This document shows, piece by piece, positions 22,270 to 33,219 of a stretch of 64,000 nt of DNA. Each line of letters opens with the position of its first letter. Within the stretch, counting starts at the first letter, position 1. Location: NCBI GenBank assembly GCA_965649765.1, contig OZ287754.1:35774001-35838000 (forward strand), in the 5' to 3' direction. This stretch comes from Bispira polyomma. Taxonomy: Eukaryota. The position numbers and the translations under genes are program-made. The notes under the pieces were generated by a model that was not told the DNA's origin, ran no database searches, and was given only the letters and a program-made list of their open reading frames with translations.

Positions 22270-24900
22270 GACCACGGACTGCCTGCAGTCACCACCACCA
22301 GCAGTTATGACTTGAATCTGGATAACGTACATAGTGCGAGTCAGAGAAACTTAGAGAATTATCTTAAGCAAATTACTAGGGTGGACGATAATAAGAACCA
22401 TATTTTAGAAAACACTTTCAGCATTAGTACTAGGCGTAGTCATTGTGATCAATTACCTGTAGATGACAAGGCTAATCCATCACAGTTTTTATCTAGTTAT
22501 GGCGACTCACGTGTTGGCTGTTTATCAGCTAAAAGTGACAGTTCTAAATTTATTGTTAATCCAGATCTTAGTGACTGTGATGTAACGGCTTATGAAGACA
22601 ATGATACAGAACTCACGTCTCCATTGTGTGATATGTATTTCAGTAACAGTTGTAATGTTCAGAATGTTACCAATTTATGTTACTTAGTGTGTCGTAGTAA
22701 TGCATGTCTTTCAGGTGTCTATATATGTAATTATGTACAAGGACACTGGGTATTCAAAAAGTCCATAATTTCACTGGATTATATATGGCCAATAACCTAC
22801 TCAGGCACTGGTCCCATTCCAGGTCTCAGTAACAACTTCCTACAGCACAAGAAAAAACACAATAAACTACCAACAAAAGACATCACACACACACGCACCA
22901 CACTAGGTAGCACATTATACTATACAGACATCATTGACAGTATATGTAAGCGAGATATTCAGAAACACGTATACACACAGACTGCAGTTACCAACTCTGA
23001 AGCTGCCCCAGGCAGCACACATATCAATAATGTACACACTTCATTTGCACTCATGCAATCTGGATGTAATGAGGACATTATAACAGAGGAAGTTTTAACA
23101 AAACATCCCTTAGACAGCAATAGTGATTATCACATGATAGAGGACTCCCCTATTAAAAACCACAAAACTTATGGCTACATTCCACATAAGCTTAACAGCT
23201 TTGTATTCACAGGTCCTGACAAGCAAGAAGTCGACATCAACTCTTATGAGAAACTGGTACAGGTGGCCAACGTTGTAAAATCCACTAAAGTATCAAACTA
23301 CAGGTTAGCTCGTATACCACTTAAGAGTAACCTTAACGTAAAAAAGTGGCAAGAATACTTAGTTGATTACCCTGACAAGATTATTCTGCAGTACGTCCAA
23401 TTTGGCTTCCCCATATCTTTATATGAGAGACATAGATTACAAGTCACCAATGTCAAAAATCACTATTCAGCCAAAGCCTTTCCTCAAGCAATAGATGAGT
23501 ACTTCATTACTGAGGTTAGCAGAGGCACCATAGTTGGTCCAGTAAATAGCGATATACACCCAGACTTACACTGTTCCCCACTCCTTACAGTTCCTAAGGA
23601 CATTGACCAACGTAGACTGGTATTAAACTTATCTCATCCTACAGGTCAGTCTGTGAATGACTGTACTGTAAAAACCAAATATGACCATATCGACTTTAAC
23701 TTGAGACTACCAACCATTGATCTTATAACTTCACATATTTTGAGTATTGGAACTAAGGCTACCTTAGCAAAGGTGGACGTGGCCCACGTTTTTCGAAATT
23801 TAAGAATAGACCCCTACGATTGCCTCAAACTCGGATATTTTTGGAGAAACAACTATTACATCGATTTAAGTTTAACTTTCGGCTTAACTCACGGCACGCT
23901 GGCGTTTATGATGGCATCAGATTGTATTACTTATATAATGAAACAAAAAGGCTTTACGGTCTTTAACTACATCGATGATTTCATACTCGTAGAGTCGGAA
24001 GATAAGGCAGCCTTAGCTTACAGCACTTTGCAACAAATCCTAGTAGATTTAGGTCTCCCCATTAATGCCAAGAAATTAGTTCCCCCTAGTAAACGTGTCA
24101 CTTGCATGGGCATTATAATTGACATCGATAATAAAACCCTCAGTATTGACGAGGACAAACTGAATTCCATATATGATACTTGCGTCGAGTTTAAATACCT
24201 AAAGAAGGTACGTAAACAAAAATACCAGTCCTTACTGGGAAAGTTGTTATACATACACTGTTGTATTAAACCTTCCCGCATTTTTATGAATAGGATGTTA
24301 ACATTACTCCGAGAATCTACCAGTAGTAATACAGTCACGCTGACTAAGGACTTCCATCAAGACTTAGCATGGTTTGTACGTTTTCTCATTCAATTCAACG
24401 GCACCACCACATTTAATCATGTCAATAAACCTCATGATGTCTGCCTACAAGTCGACGCTTGTTTATCCGGGATAGGCGGTATCTGGAACGGCAACGTCTT
24501 TAAAACTCCCCTCCCCTCTTTCATGACTCACACATTGTCCATAGTACATTTCGAGATGATAAGCATAGTAATTGCGTTAAAACTGTGGGGTCACGAGTGG
24601 ATAAATCAAAAGATCAAAGTTCAATCTGATAACATGGCTGTGGTGGCTGTAGTGCAGTCATCAAAAACTAGAGACAATTATCTAGGCTTATGCCTAAGGA
24701 ACATCTGGCAAATTTGCGCTGAAAAAAATATTGACCTTGTTATTAATCACATCCCTGGTAAGGAAAACATCATCGCTGACGCCCTTTCGCGATGGTATGA
24801 ACTTGAACATTATGGTAGCCATATCCGACAGACTATTATTGACAGTTTTTCCATATATGACATACCCCTTGAATTTTTTACACTGGATACTTATATATAA
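22270..24900 (+). CDS. Y4 pol (RT plus RNase H), in frame with gag after a single TAG
   Basis: KVDVAHVFRNLRIDP, LTFGLTHG, NYIDD, DACLSG, SDNM, ADALSR. No stop between 22270 and 24897. Confidence 0.93.
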   Translation, partial: DHGLPAVTTTSSYDLNLDNVHSASQRNLENYLKQITRVDDNKNHILENTFSISTRRSHCDQLPVDDKANPSQFLSSYGDSRVGCLSAKSDSSKFIVNPDLSDCDVTAYEDNDTELTSPLCDMYFSNSCNVQNVTNLCYLVCRSNACLSGVYICNYVQGHWVFKKSIISLDYIWPITYSGTGPIPGLSNNFLQHKKKHNKLPTKDITHTRTTLGSTLYYTDIIDSICKRDIQKHVYTQTAVTNSEAAPGSTHINNVHTSFALMQSGCNEDIITEEVLTKHPLDSNSDYHMIEDSPIKNHKTYGYIPHKLNSFVFTGPDKQEVDINSYEKLVQVANVVKSTKVSNYRLARIPLKSNLNVKKWQEYLVDYPDKIILQYVQFGFPISLYERHRLQVTNVKNHYSAKAFPQAIDEYFITEVSRGTIVGPVNSDIHPDLHCSPLLTVPKDIDQRRLVLNLSHPTGQSVNDCTVKTKYDHIDFNLRLPTIDLITSHILSIGTKATLAKVDVAHVFRNLRIDPYDCLKLGYFWRNNYYIDLSLTFGLTHGTLAFMMASDCITYIMKQKGFTVFNYIDDFILVESEDKAALAYSTLQQILVDLGLPINAKKLVPPSKRVTCMGIIIDIDNKTLSIDEDKLNSIYDTCVEFKYLKKVRKQKYQSLLGKLLYIHCCIKPSRIFMNRMLTLLRESTSSNTVTLTKDFHQDLAWFVRFLIQFNGTTTFNHVNKPHDVCLQVDACLSGIGGIWNGNVFKTPLPSFMTHTLSIVHFEMISIVIALKLWGHEWINQKIKVQSDNMAVVAVVQSSKTRDNYLGLCLRNIWQICAEKNIDLVINHIPGKENIIADALSRWYELEHYGSHIRQTIIDSFSIYDIPLEFFTLDTYI

Positions 24901-24906
24901 TTTCAG

Positions 24907-25887
24907 GCACCTCAGACTCAGCTGGTCCACTGATACAGGGTGCTTTTAGACGACTCAGACAAAGCCATAGACCCAGAACACAGAGACAATATGACAGCCA
25001 ATTTAGATTTTTTCTCAGCTTTACAGTCTACTACAACTTACAGCACACATTTAGCTTTAACAGCATCATTGCATTTCTAGAATTTCTCACACAAACAAAC
25101 ATTTCCTATAAAGTTATCTGTAACTACCTATCGGCTGTGAGGTATAATGCAAAACTCTTGAATATCCAAAACACAGGGCTATACGACCCTAGGTTAGCAC
25201 TATACACCAGATCACTTGAGTTAACCTCCAAGTATAAACCTCAAATTAAAGGGGTCTTTGATTTGAACCAACTATGTCAGATCTCACAAACCTGCGAATC
25301 TTTACCATGTCCTGAGTTATATAGAACTGCATTCCTTTTTGCCTTTTTTGGTTTTCTTAGGAGTTCCAACCTTACCACAACCTCAGGCAGTCCATTTGAT
25401 CCAACTAGACACCTGACCAGGGCTGACGTATTATTCGCCCCCCCCAGGTATTCACCTTATTTTAAAATGGACTAAGACTAATCAGAGCAGATCCAACCCA
25501 GATATTATACAATTACCCCAGTTGACAAACTCTTGGCTATGCCCTGTCAGAGCAGCCACAGCTTTATTTCAGAAATACCCCATGGATCCACGGGGTCCAT
25601 TACTAGCAAACCCCACAGACAGAGGCACCTGCCTCTCAGATACAAAACTTAGAACCACATTGAAGAACATTTTGATTCACTTAAACATACCAAGGGAAGG
25701 TCACTCATTCCACTGCTTCAGGCGTTCTGGAGCCTCACTTGCCTTCAATTCAAACGTAAAACTTCAGCACATACAAAAACATGGTTGTTGGAAATCAGAT
25801 GCTGTTTGGTCCTACCTTCAAGCCACGTCACACGCGGCTTCCATTATTCCTTCTACTTTTGCTTCTATTGTCTCTTCTACTTTCTAA
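24907..25887 (+). CDS. Y4 tyrosine recombinase (probable spliced second exon; +1 C in the C8 run at 25438-25445)
   Basis: FFGFLRSSNL, KWTK, HCFRRSG, HGCWKSDAVWSY give the R-K-HxxR-H/W-Y catalytic set. Confidence 0.88.
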
Positions 25888-25894
25888 TTTGGCT

Positions 25895-26098
25895 TTGGCA
25901 TTTTTAAAATTTTACCTTAAATTTTACTTTGTACAGATGTAAATAGAGACAGTAGTTAGAAATAATAAATATATCCCAAACAGCATCTGGTTACCATTTC
26001 TAAAAACCTAACCCTTGTAGGTCATAACACTGAACTTCGAACTACAAGGTCAATTATAAGATTACAGTCTACTTAGCTCCACACATTTTTAGCTACTG
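25895..26098 (+). repeat. Y4 repeat B1
   Basis: 204 bp; appears identical to 26770-26973 by eye. Confidence 0.95.
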
Positions 26099-26325
26099 TT
26101 GTGGTCACTGCTAGTATAGCATGACAAGTCAGTGGAAAAAAAATTATATACATTATGGTAAACTTTCCCTCCTAGAAATTGTTTACTCAGTAACACCTAT
26201 CACAGTCTAGGAGACTTAAGTCACACAACCAATCACCTTCCTTCTTAAATGAACCCCTTCCCGCTTTTTCTATGATATTGGCATTAATTAGTTGTAAGTC
26301 TAGGAAGCAACACTCTGAAAGATTT
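26097..26325 (+). repeat. Y4 repeat A2
   Basis: Direct repeat of A1. Confidence 0.95.
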
Positions 26326-26769
26326 CCCAACCCTCCTCCCAAAATTTCTATTCTCATACATCACATTTAATTCTGCCTTGGGTCAACGGAGCTCAGAGAT
26401 CATGTGGAGAGTCCTGTCTCTTAATCCTCCCCTGAGTTCACGCTAGGGTTCCAGGGTTGAATAAGAGCTCTGAGAGGCAGGACTGTCTGCAGGCGAATAG
26501 CATCTCGAGCTTCCATTCCCAGAGCAGAATACATTAGGAATTATAATAGTAATTCTAGCAGTTAGCGTTTTATGTATATTTTATCATGTAAACTTTTAAG
26601 TAAAACTCTTGTGTTAAATTTGTTGCCTCACAATGGCTCTTCAACATCACCAGACATATGACGTTTTATATTGCAACTGGTCATGTTGTTATTTCGGGTC
26701 TTACTGTACCCTAGTATCTACTTAGTATACCTTTGTTATTGTCATGGTACCTTTATTTTTACAGCCATA

Positions 26770-26973
26770 TTGGCATTTTTAAAATTTTACCTTAAATTTT
26801 ACTTTGTACAGATGTAAATAGAGACAGTAGTTAGAAATAATAAATATATCCCAAACAGCATCTGGTTACCATTTCTAAAAACCTAACCCTTGTAGGTCAT
26901 AACACTGAACTTCGAACTACAAGGTCAATTATAAGATTACAGTCTACTTAGCTCCACACATTTTTAGCTACTG
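26770..26973 (+). repeat. Y4 repeat B2
   Basis: Direct repeat of B1. Confidence 0.95.
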
Positions 26974-28220
26974 ACGCTGTAACACTTGACCCTAATTTAT
27001 ATAGTACACTTAACAGAGAAATACGACGCCAGTTCTTAAGCAGATCTTTTGGTTTGTCCCCTTCGGTATGCAGTTTATTATACTTTGCCTTAGACTCAGA
27101 GGCAGGATACCCATAATGTAGCCTTCATTAGGGGCTCTTACTATAAAATATTTTAGTTTGCACCAAAAGACTTTGTAAAAATCGGCCGGTAGGCCATCTA
27201 TGCTTGGAGTTTTATTGTTCTTCACATTTTGAAGTACTTTACCTAGTTTGTCTATTGTGATTGGACCACCTATCGAATTAGATTCCAGGTCAGATAATAC
27301 ATTATTATTTTTTTTAGTGACAACTGCTAAAAATATTAATGTTTCCCATTAAGTTATCGTTTTTTTCAGAACAACTTTGCACCATAACACATTACTTCAT
27401 TGAGAATTTCTTTTTGACATGTTAAGAAACCACCATTATCTACACAGAGTCTTCTTATAGTTTTATCAATAAAATGTTTTCTTTCTAAACCACAAAATAT
27501 CTTGTTGGTTTCTCATTAAGCAAGAGGTGTTTTGCACAAGAGCGATTCATATAACCAGTTATTTTCAATTTCTTGATTGTTTGCAATTCTTTTTTCATTT
27601 GATCAAGTTCATCTAAACGGGTATTATTCTTTTCGATGTTTTCTATTTGCCTTTTAAGTTTTTCCTTTTGTAAACGTTCTTTTTTCTTTAAAATACTCAC
27701 AAACTTAATAGTTTTCCCCCTAATTTTTAACAGTATTATTTCCAAAAAAGGTGCTCTATGTCACAGTAAATTTGATTTCTGAGTCCTCCATATAATTCAG
27801 ATAGTCTGTGTTATAAACAGGTAATGCATACTGATATTTTATTTCCTTTATGGCTGTGTTAACAATGTCTATATAGTCTGAGTTTCTTAAGAGGCTGCAA
27901 TTAAGGTGCCAAATTTCTTTGCCCTTCTCAAATTTGTTTATAATTAAGGTTAACTCAACAGAAGAGTGATCACTCCTATAACTTGGTTTTATTACACAAC
28001 TGTTTATAAGATCATTCAAATTATTAGAAAATTATAAAGTAATCTAGATCGGCTTGCTTAACAGGATTGCGACAACACCACGAGTATCTTTTTAGATGTG
28101 GATTCTGATGCCTGAAAGTATCTATTAAGTCATGTGCTTTGATTAGGTCAAGCAAGGTTTTTCTTAACTGTGAGTTATTAGTATTCACATAGTTGCCACT
28201 ACTATGTATCAGTAACCACA
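26974..28220 (-). mobile_element. L1/Tx1-like LINE ORF2 5' part (endonuclease end, RT start), continuous with 18400-20529
   Basis: YRSDHS, KGKEIWHLN, EKPTRYF, NNKTPSIDG, WRRISLL. Confidence 0.85.
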
Positions 28221-29319
28221 TTTGTGTATTAACATAACAGTAAGAAGTTTTTTATAAATGCCATTTTGATAATACTGGGATTTCTAAACCCAATTTAAAT
28301 ATTTATTCTTTACTTTACCTGTATGAATAATACAACATTACTTTCTAACATTGGTACTTCACAGGTATGGATCTCTGTTTGTTACAATTACTTTTTATAA
28401 TTTGTACATCCCTTTAAAACACATATTTTCAAAGTAGCTATATTTGTTCATTACAAGTAATTTTACATTAATTATTTTGTTAATTACATATAATTTTACA
28501 GTGTAACATACATACACTGTACTGTATTTCTGCATATGAACATCTGGCACAACTACCATATACATGTATATATGGGTAGTTTTACATTAGTTATTTTGCT
28601 TACTACATATCATTTTACAGTGTAGCATTTAGTTTGTTTCTGTAAACGAGCATAATGGCCCAACCACTATATCCATGTGTATTTAATATTACGATGCTTT
28701 CTAAATCTTAATTAAATACGACTTTTTAATTTAACCTGCAACAAGGGTATTAAAACTTTAAAGGAATACTGCATTTTAAATACATTTTAACATGATTACA
28801 TTTTATTTCAGAGGTATGTGGTTGTATGTGTTACAGTTATTTCCCAGACTTGGTATAATCGCTCATGACACATAATTTAGCTGCAGCTGTTTTTCTCACC
28901 AACATGATATCAGAGTATCAGATATTTTTAAAATTTGTATTATCCCTGCCTAATTTAAAAGTTCACATATAGAAATTATTAAATTGTTTTTATCAAACAC
29001 CAATTTGTAAGCAATACATAGGTCTACTATAAACATGCACTACATCTTATAGATGTAAATTTTGTATACAATTCACACATATCTTTATTACCTACTTCGA
29101 CAATCTACCCAAATTATTCACTTTAATGAATTTCATTATTTTGACTAATAATTACAGTAACCTATTGTCTCAGATTGTTATGACTGAATAATATGTTTGG
29201 TATTGTTTATAATTAATTTATATATTCAATACCCTACCATTATTTTACATGTATAAATTACAAGACTTAAGTTCGAGACCATGCTCACACTAAGACCCTC
29301 GTGAATATTGCTTATATAC

Positions 29320-29940
29320 TTTGTGGTTCTAGAAACTGCCAAGAAAATATTTGATAGCTTTTTTCAGAAGTTAGGTTAGCGAGAATGCCGGATGTTGACA
29401 ACTCTTCATCATCACTATGGCCCATTTTCTTTGTGTCTGTGTCATCCATAAATGAATAGGTATAGATAAGGTGGTGCGAATTGGCGACATGGGTGGATTG
29501 AAAAAGGGTTTATTTATAATCTGCAGCCTGCTTCATTGAATTTATGGTTGCTGAATACCCTTGAGAAGTACTCCTCTTCTGTTCCACCTTTTCTGTATGG
29601 CTTATTGTCTGCATGGAAAGTGTGGCAGAAATTAGAGTTTTGCTTAGCTTGTTAAGTTTAAAAGTATCGTTTACCACTTGATTTCCTACATACAGTTTAT
29701 TTTTCACTAGTTTTACATGCATGGGAGATCCTTTGTACAAGTCTTTGTACTTTTTCAAACTCTCCATTTGAGCTGTCCTTGATTTTAGCTGGGTAATGCT
29801 CGCTTACTTTTATCGTTGAAGCTTGCCTTAATTTTCTGTAGTGGTCTCAAAACCGCTTCTAGTAAATCTTGAAATAAGTGGTCTTGACTTATCTTCAACT
29901 CGTCTTTTAAGTCTATGGGCTATGCCTACTTCAACCAATA
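29320..29940 (-). pseudogene. LINE ORF1-like remnant with C-terminal IMPACT/YigZ-like domain
   Basis: AHRLKRR..RPLISRF and KLVKNKLYVG, followed by SHHLIYTY..GHSDDEE..NIFLAVSR. Confidence 0.55.
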
Positions 29941-30439
29941 ACCCATAATTTGAAACCTAGCTATAACTACAATAAAATCATTGACTTAAACTCAAAGTTA
30001 GTTAGGCGAGACTAACCTAACCTTAAATACTTAGGGTGGCCTTATTTACATTTATATATTTAAACCAGTCTGTATATACTTGTAGCTTAAAAATAAAATA
30101 TATTATGCCAACTGTTTGTATCTATATACTTCATCATCACTAGTCACAAGGTACAAGGCAATGATATATAATATCCCGACTGCTTTGTCTAATTCAAGGT
30201 CGAAACGTGCACAAATCAAGCTTGCATATTCAATCTCATGAGCTTAAGAACCAGGCACTGACAGTTTATAATATCGTAATCAAGAGGTCTGTAATTTAGT
30301 CAGCTGTCCATAAAAGTTGAACCTTTATGTGTATATTGTTCCTATATTTGATATATAAGCAACCCAATAACCAGTTTCTGGTCTGTAATTAGGTCAGCTG
30401 TTCTTAGAAGTTGTTAAATTTGTGGCAGTTCACAGAAAT

Positions 30440-33000
30440 TGGGGGGGGGGGGGGGTTGACGCCCGCACGTCACCCCTCTCAGTTCTGGTACCAGACTTAA
30501 AGGGGCCAATTAGGTCACCAAAGGTCAGGAGGCAGTATAAAAGAGATTGCCGCCAAGTGGCAGCCATCGTTAAACTAGAAATCTTGCTAAGAATAACACC
30601 ATTTTTAAGTTTGGGGTTTCTCTACTACCCTACTTTTAATCATTTTAGAATTTTATACTGACTTGTGATGCACGAAAGTCCGGTTGAAAGAAACTGTCAA
30701 ATACAGAAACTACAATCAGAAGTGTCTGGGGCTAAGGGGAGTGATGCAGGCGTCATCGGTAGCTCGGACTCGGGTGACCAGGTATCTACTGCTGACACTG
30801 ATAGTACTACCGTTTCTTACCAGATACTTGTGCAACTCCAGGCCATTAATCCAAAACTCGACAACACGGATCAACGAGTCCGAGTCACGGAGGCGGCGCT
30901 GTGCTGACCCAGTGCCCCACAGACACGTAAACCTGATTCACTTACTGCTAATTCTGTGAACAATGTTACCACCGTTTCAGATACTGTAGTCCCCACCTTA
31001 GATTTTCTTAGAATGACCTCTGATTTACAACAACAAGTAGATCAACGACTACTTCAATTACGACAGTTAGATCAGTTAATTGGGACAGGTAAACTCAAAT
31101 CTCAGAGCGGAGGTACTTGTGATGTCCATATCAAAAAGAATGTAGACTGGCCTCAAACTTTTGTACTTTCGGGTACTAAAAAGGTCCCACCCTCCTTCGA
31201 CGATTTATCATTGATCCAATTTGTAGCGGGTTTTACCCAGTGTATTTAAGAGAAGAGAGCTTCAGATTTTAGGGAGGCGATGCTAGAACATCTAGGAAAT
31301 GTAACGGACGATGCGCAAAACAAAAGGCATGTGGACTCGGCTGTCACCAACACAAATGGTAAACAACCCCTTGGTTACAAACATGAATCCGCTATATTTC
31401 AGCGAATTTCGGATGGGATCCGGTACATCATGCAGACTGAGGGCCACACAGTGTTAAACTGCATAGATGACATCTTATGTTAGTCAACCCCTAGTAAAAT
31501 ATATGCTAACATTTACAGGTTCTGCTCTCCGAGCTAGGTCTCACCCTTAGCAAGAAAAAACTTGTCCCCCGCATACTCGTGTTACATGCCTCGGCATTGT
31601 TATTGATACTGTGGCATTCACTACTTCTATTCCTGAGGAAAAATTGCAAAGCATTAAACATATATGTAGCCAGTGGGCTAAAAAATTGTATTATAGTAAA
31701 AGGGAACGCCAATGTTGACTTGGCTACCTATTATACGTGTCAAAATGCGTCAAGTATGCGAGGTTTTTTCCAAAATAGGATGCTTCAGCGTCTCAGGGAT
31801 AACCACCAATGTAAATATATACGAACCACAACGGAATTCAAAATGGACCTTAATTGGTTCCAAGTATTTCTAGACAAATTCAATGGGATGAATTTATTTT
31901 ATCATAAACCCATTACGGCTATGGTCGAACTAGATGTATGCCTTACAGGCTTAGATGGGGTTTATGGAAGTCAAGTGTATACTTTAGCCATTCCCCTTAA
32001 ATTACAACAAAAATATTGCTTCCCTCGATATGCTGAACATCTTGGTAGCATTAAAACTATGGGGTGTCCAATAGCACGCCCAGCGTGTATTAGTAAAATG
32101 CGACAACCAGGCAGTTGTCAGGGTCTTAACCACAGGTCGCACCAGGGATCCCATTCTAGTATTCTATGCCCCTAACATTTACATGTTAGCCAGCCACTTT
32201 GATGTGGATTTAAAAGTCATACACATTTTAGGTGAGAATAATAGGTGGCTAATTACCTTTCTGCTATTAAGGCTAATTCTATTCTGTAGAGTGTAGGCAT
32301 GCTGGCGTTCAACGACCCAAAATTTACATACTATCAGAAAACAATTAAAATGTCAACTTCACAAAATGTCAAACTTAAAAAAATTACCACATTATCAAAC
32401 ATTATTGCTGCTGGTTAAAGCACCTAGTTGGGGGTTGTTTTTCAAGCAGTTTACCTGCTCAGCTTTTTCTCTTTCCTGAGACCATCAAATTTAGTGCCAC
32501 ATTTGGCCTCTTAGTACTCTCCCCTTAAGCATTTGGCTAAGGAGATGTCATGTTTAAACAGGATAAAGCTGTAATTTTTGTAAAAAGGTCGAACACCATG
32601 CAAACTGTCAATCAAATCAAACTCATCACTATACCACGCCTATCCGGATCACCTTTGTGCCCGGTTCATGCTTTGAAAGCAATAATGGCAATTACCCCTG
32701 GTGGGGACAATCTAGCTCTTTTTCAATTTGGAAATAACCAAACTTGGCTCCCTTTGACAGATACAAGGGTACATTGTCATTTCTCCAATGTACAAAAAAT
32801 GTAGCAGTTGCATAATTTGGACTTACCTTCCATGCTTTCCGTCTTTCAGGTGCAACTTTGGCTTTTAACCACAACGTTAGCATTCAAAACATTTAACAAC
32901 ATGGCACTTGGACTTCGGACTGCGTGTGGATGTATGTCACCGACACTGTAGATGCTGGCCAGGAAGTAGCCAACACCTTCAGGCAATATCTAGCTCCTTA
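30440..33000 (+). mobile_element. Y5: internally deleted YR retrotransposon, Y3 subfamily
   Basis: Same promoter block as Y3, gag (GKLKSQSGG), RT (LNCIDD), RNase H and YR (FHAFR, HGTWTSD) fragments joined by deletions. Confidence 0.85.
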
Positions 33001-33219
33001 GTTTTCCCCTACTCCCAGTTCTCCTAGTTAGGAATAGGAGGTCATATAAAGGTCATTAGGTAGTGGCCCATTGTGTTGCTAAAGGTTTAAAAACCCAAGT
33101 TATAAGTATTGAACCTATGTTTGAGATATTTTATTTTTACACGTTAGTAATCTATGTACAGTTTCAGGGTAAAATGTAAAGATTTTTAAAATATTTGCAG
33201 ATATTTTGAAATACTCAAG

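Larger units (their letters stand above)
20530..26973 (+). mobile_element. Y4: full-length Ngaro-like YR retrotransposon with split direct repeats A1-B1-A2-B2
   Basis: Open gag and pol, YR with one frameshift, and near-identical terminal repeats. Removing the element rejoins the LINE RT frame. Confidence 0.95.

Noticed and set aside
24780-24906. DIRS1-type element with methyltransferase domain and inverted terminal repeats
   Set aside because: Pol stops right after RNase H, and the termini are split direct repeats.
26370-26530. Hammerhead or HDV-like ribozyme
   Set aside because: No CUGANGA/GAAA core, and I could not build the HDV P3/P1.1 pairings. Kept only as a hairpin.
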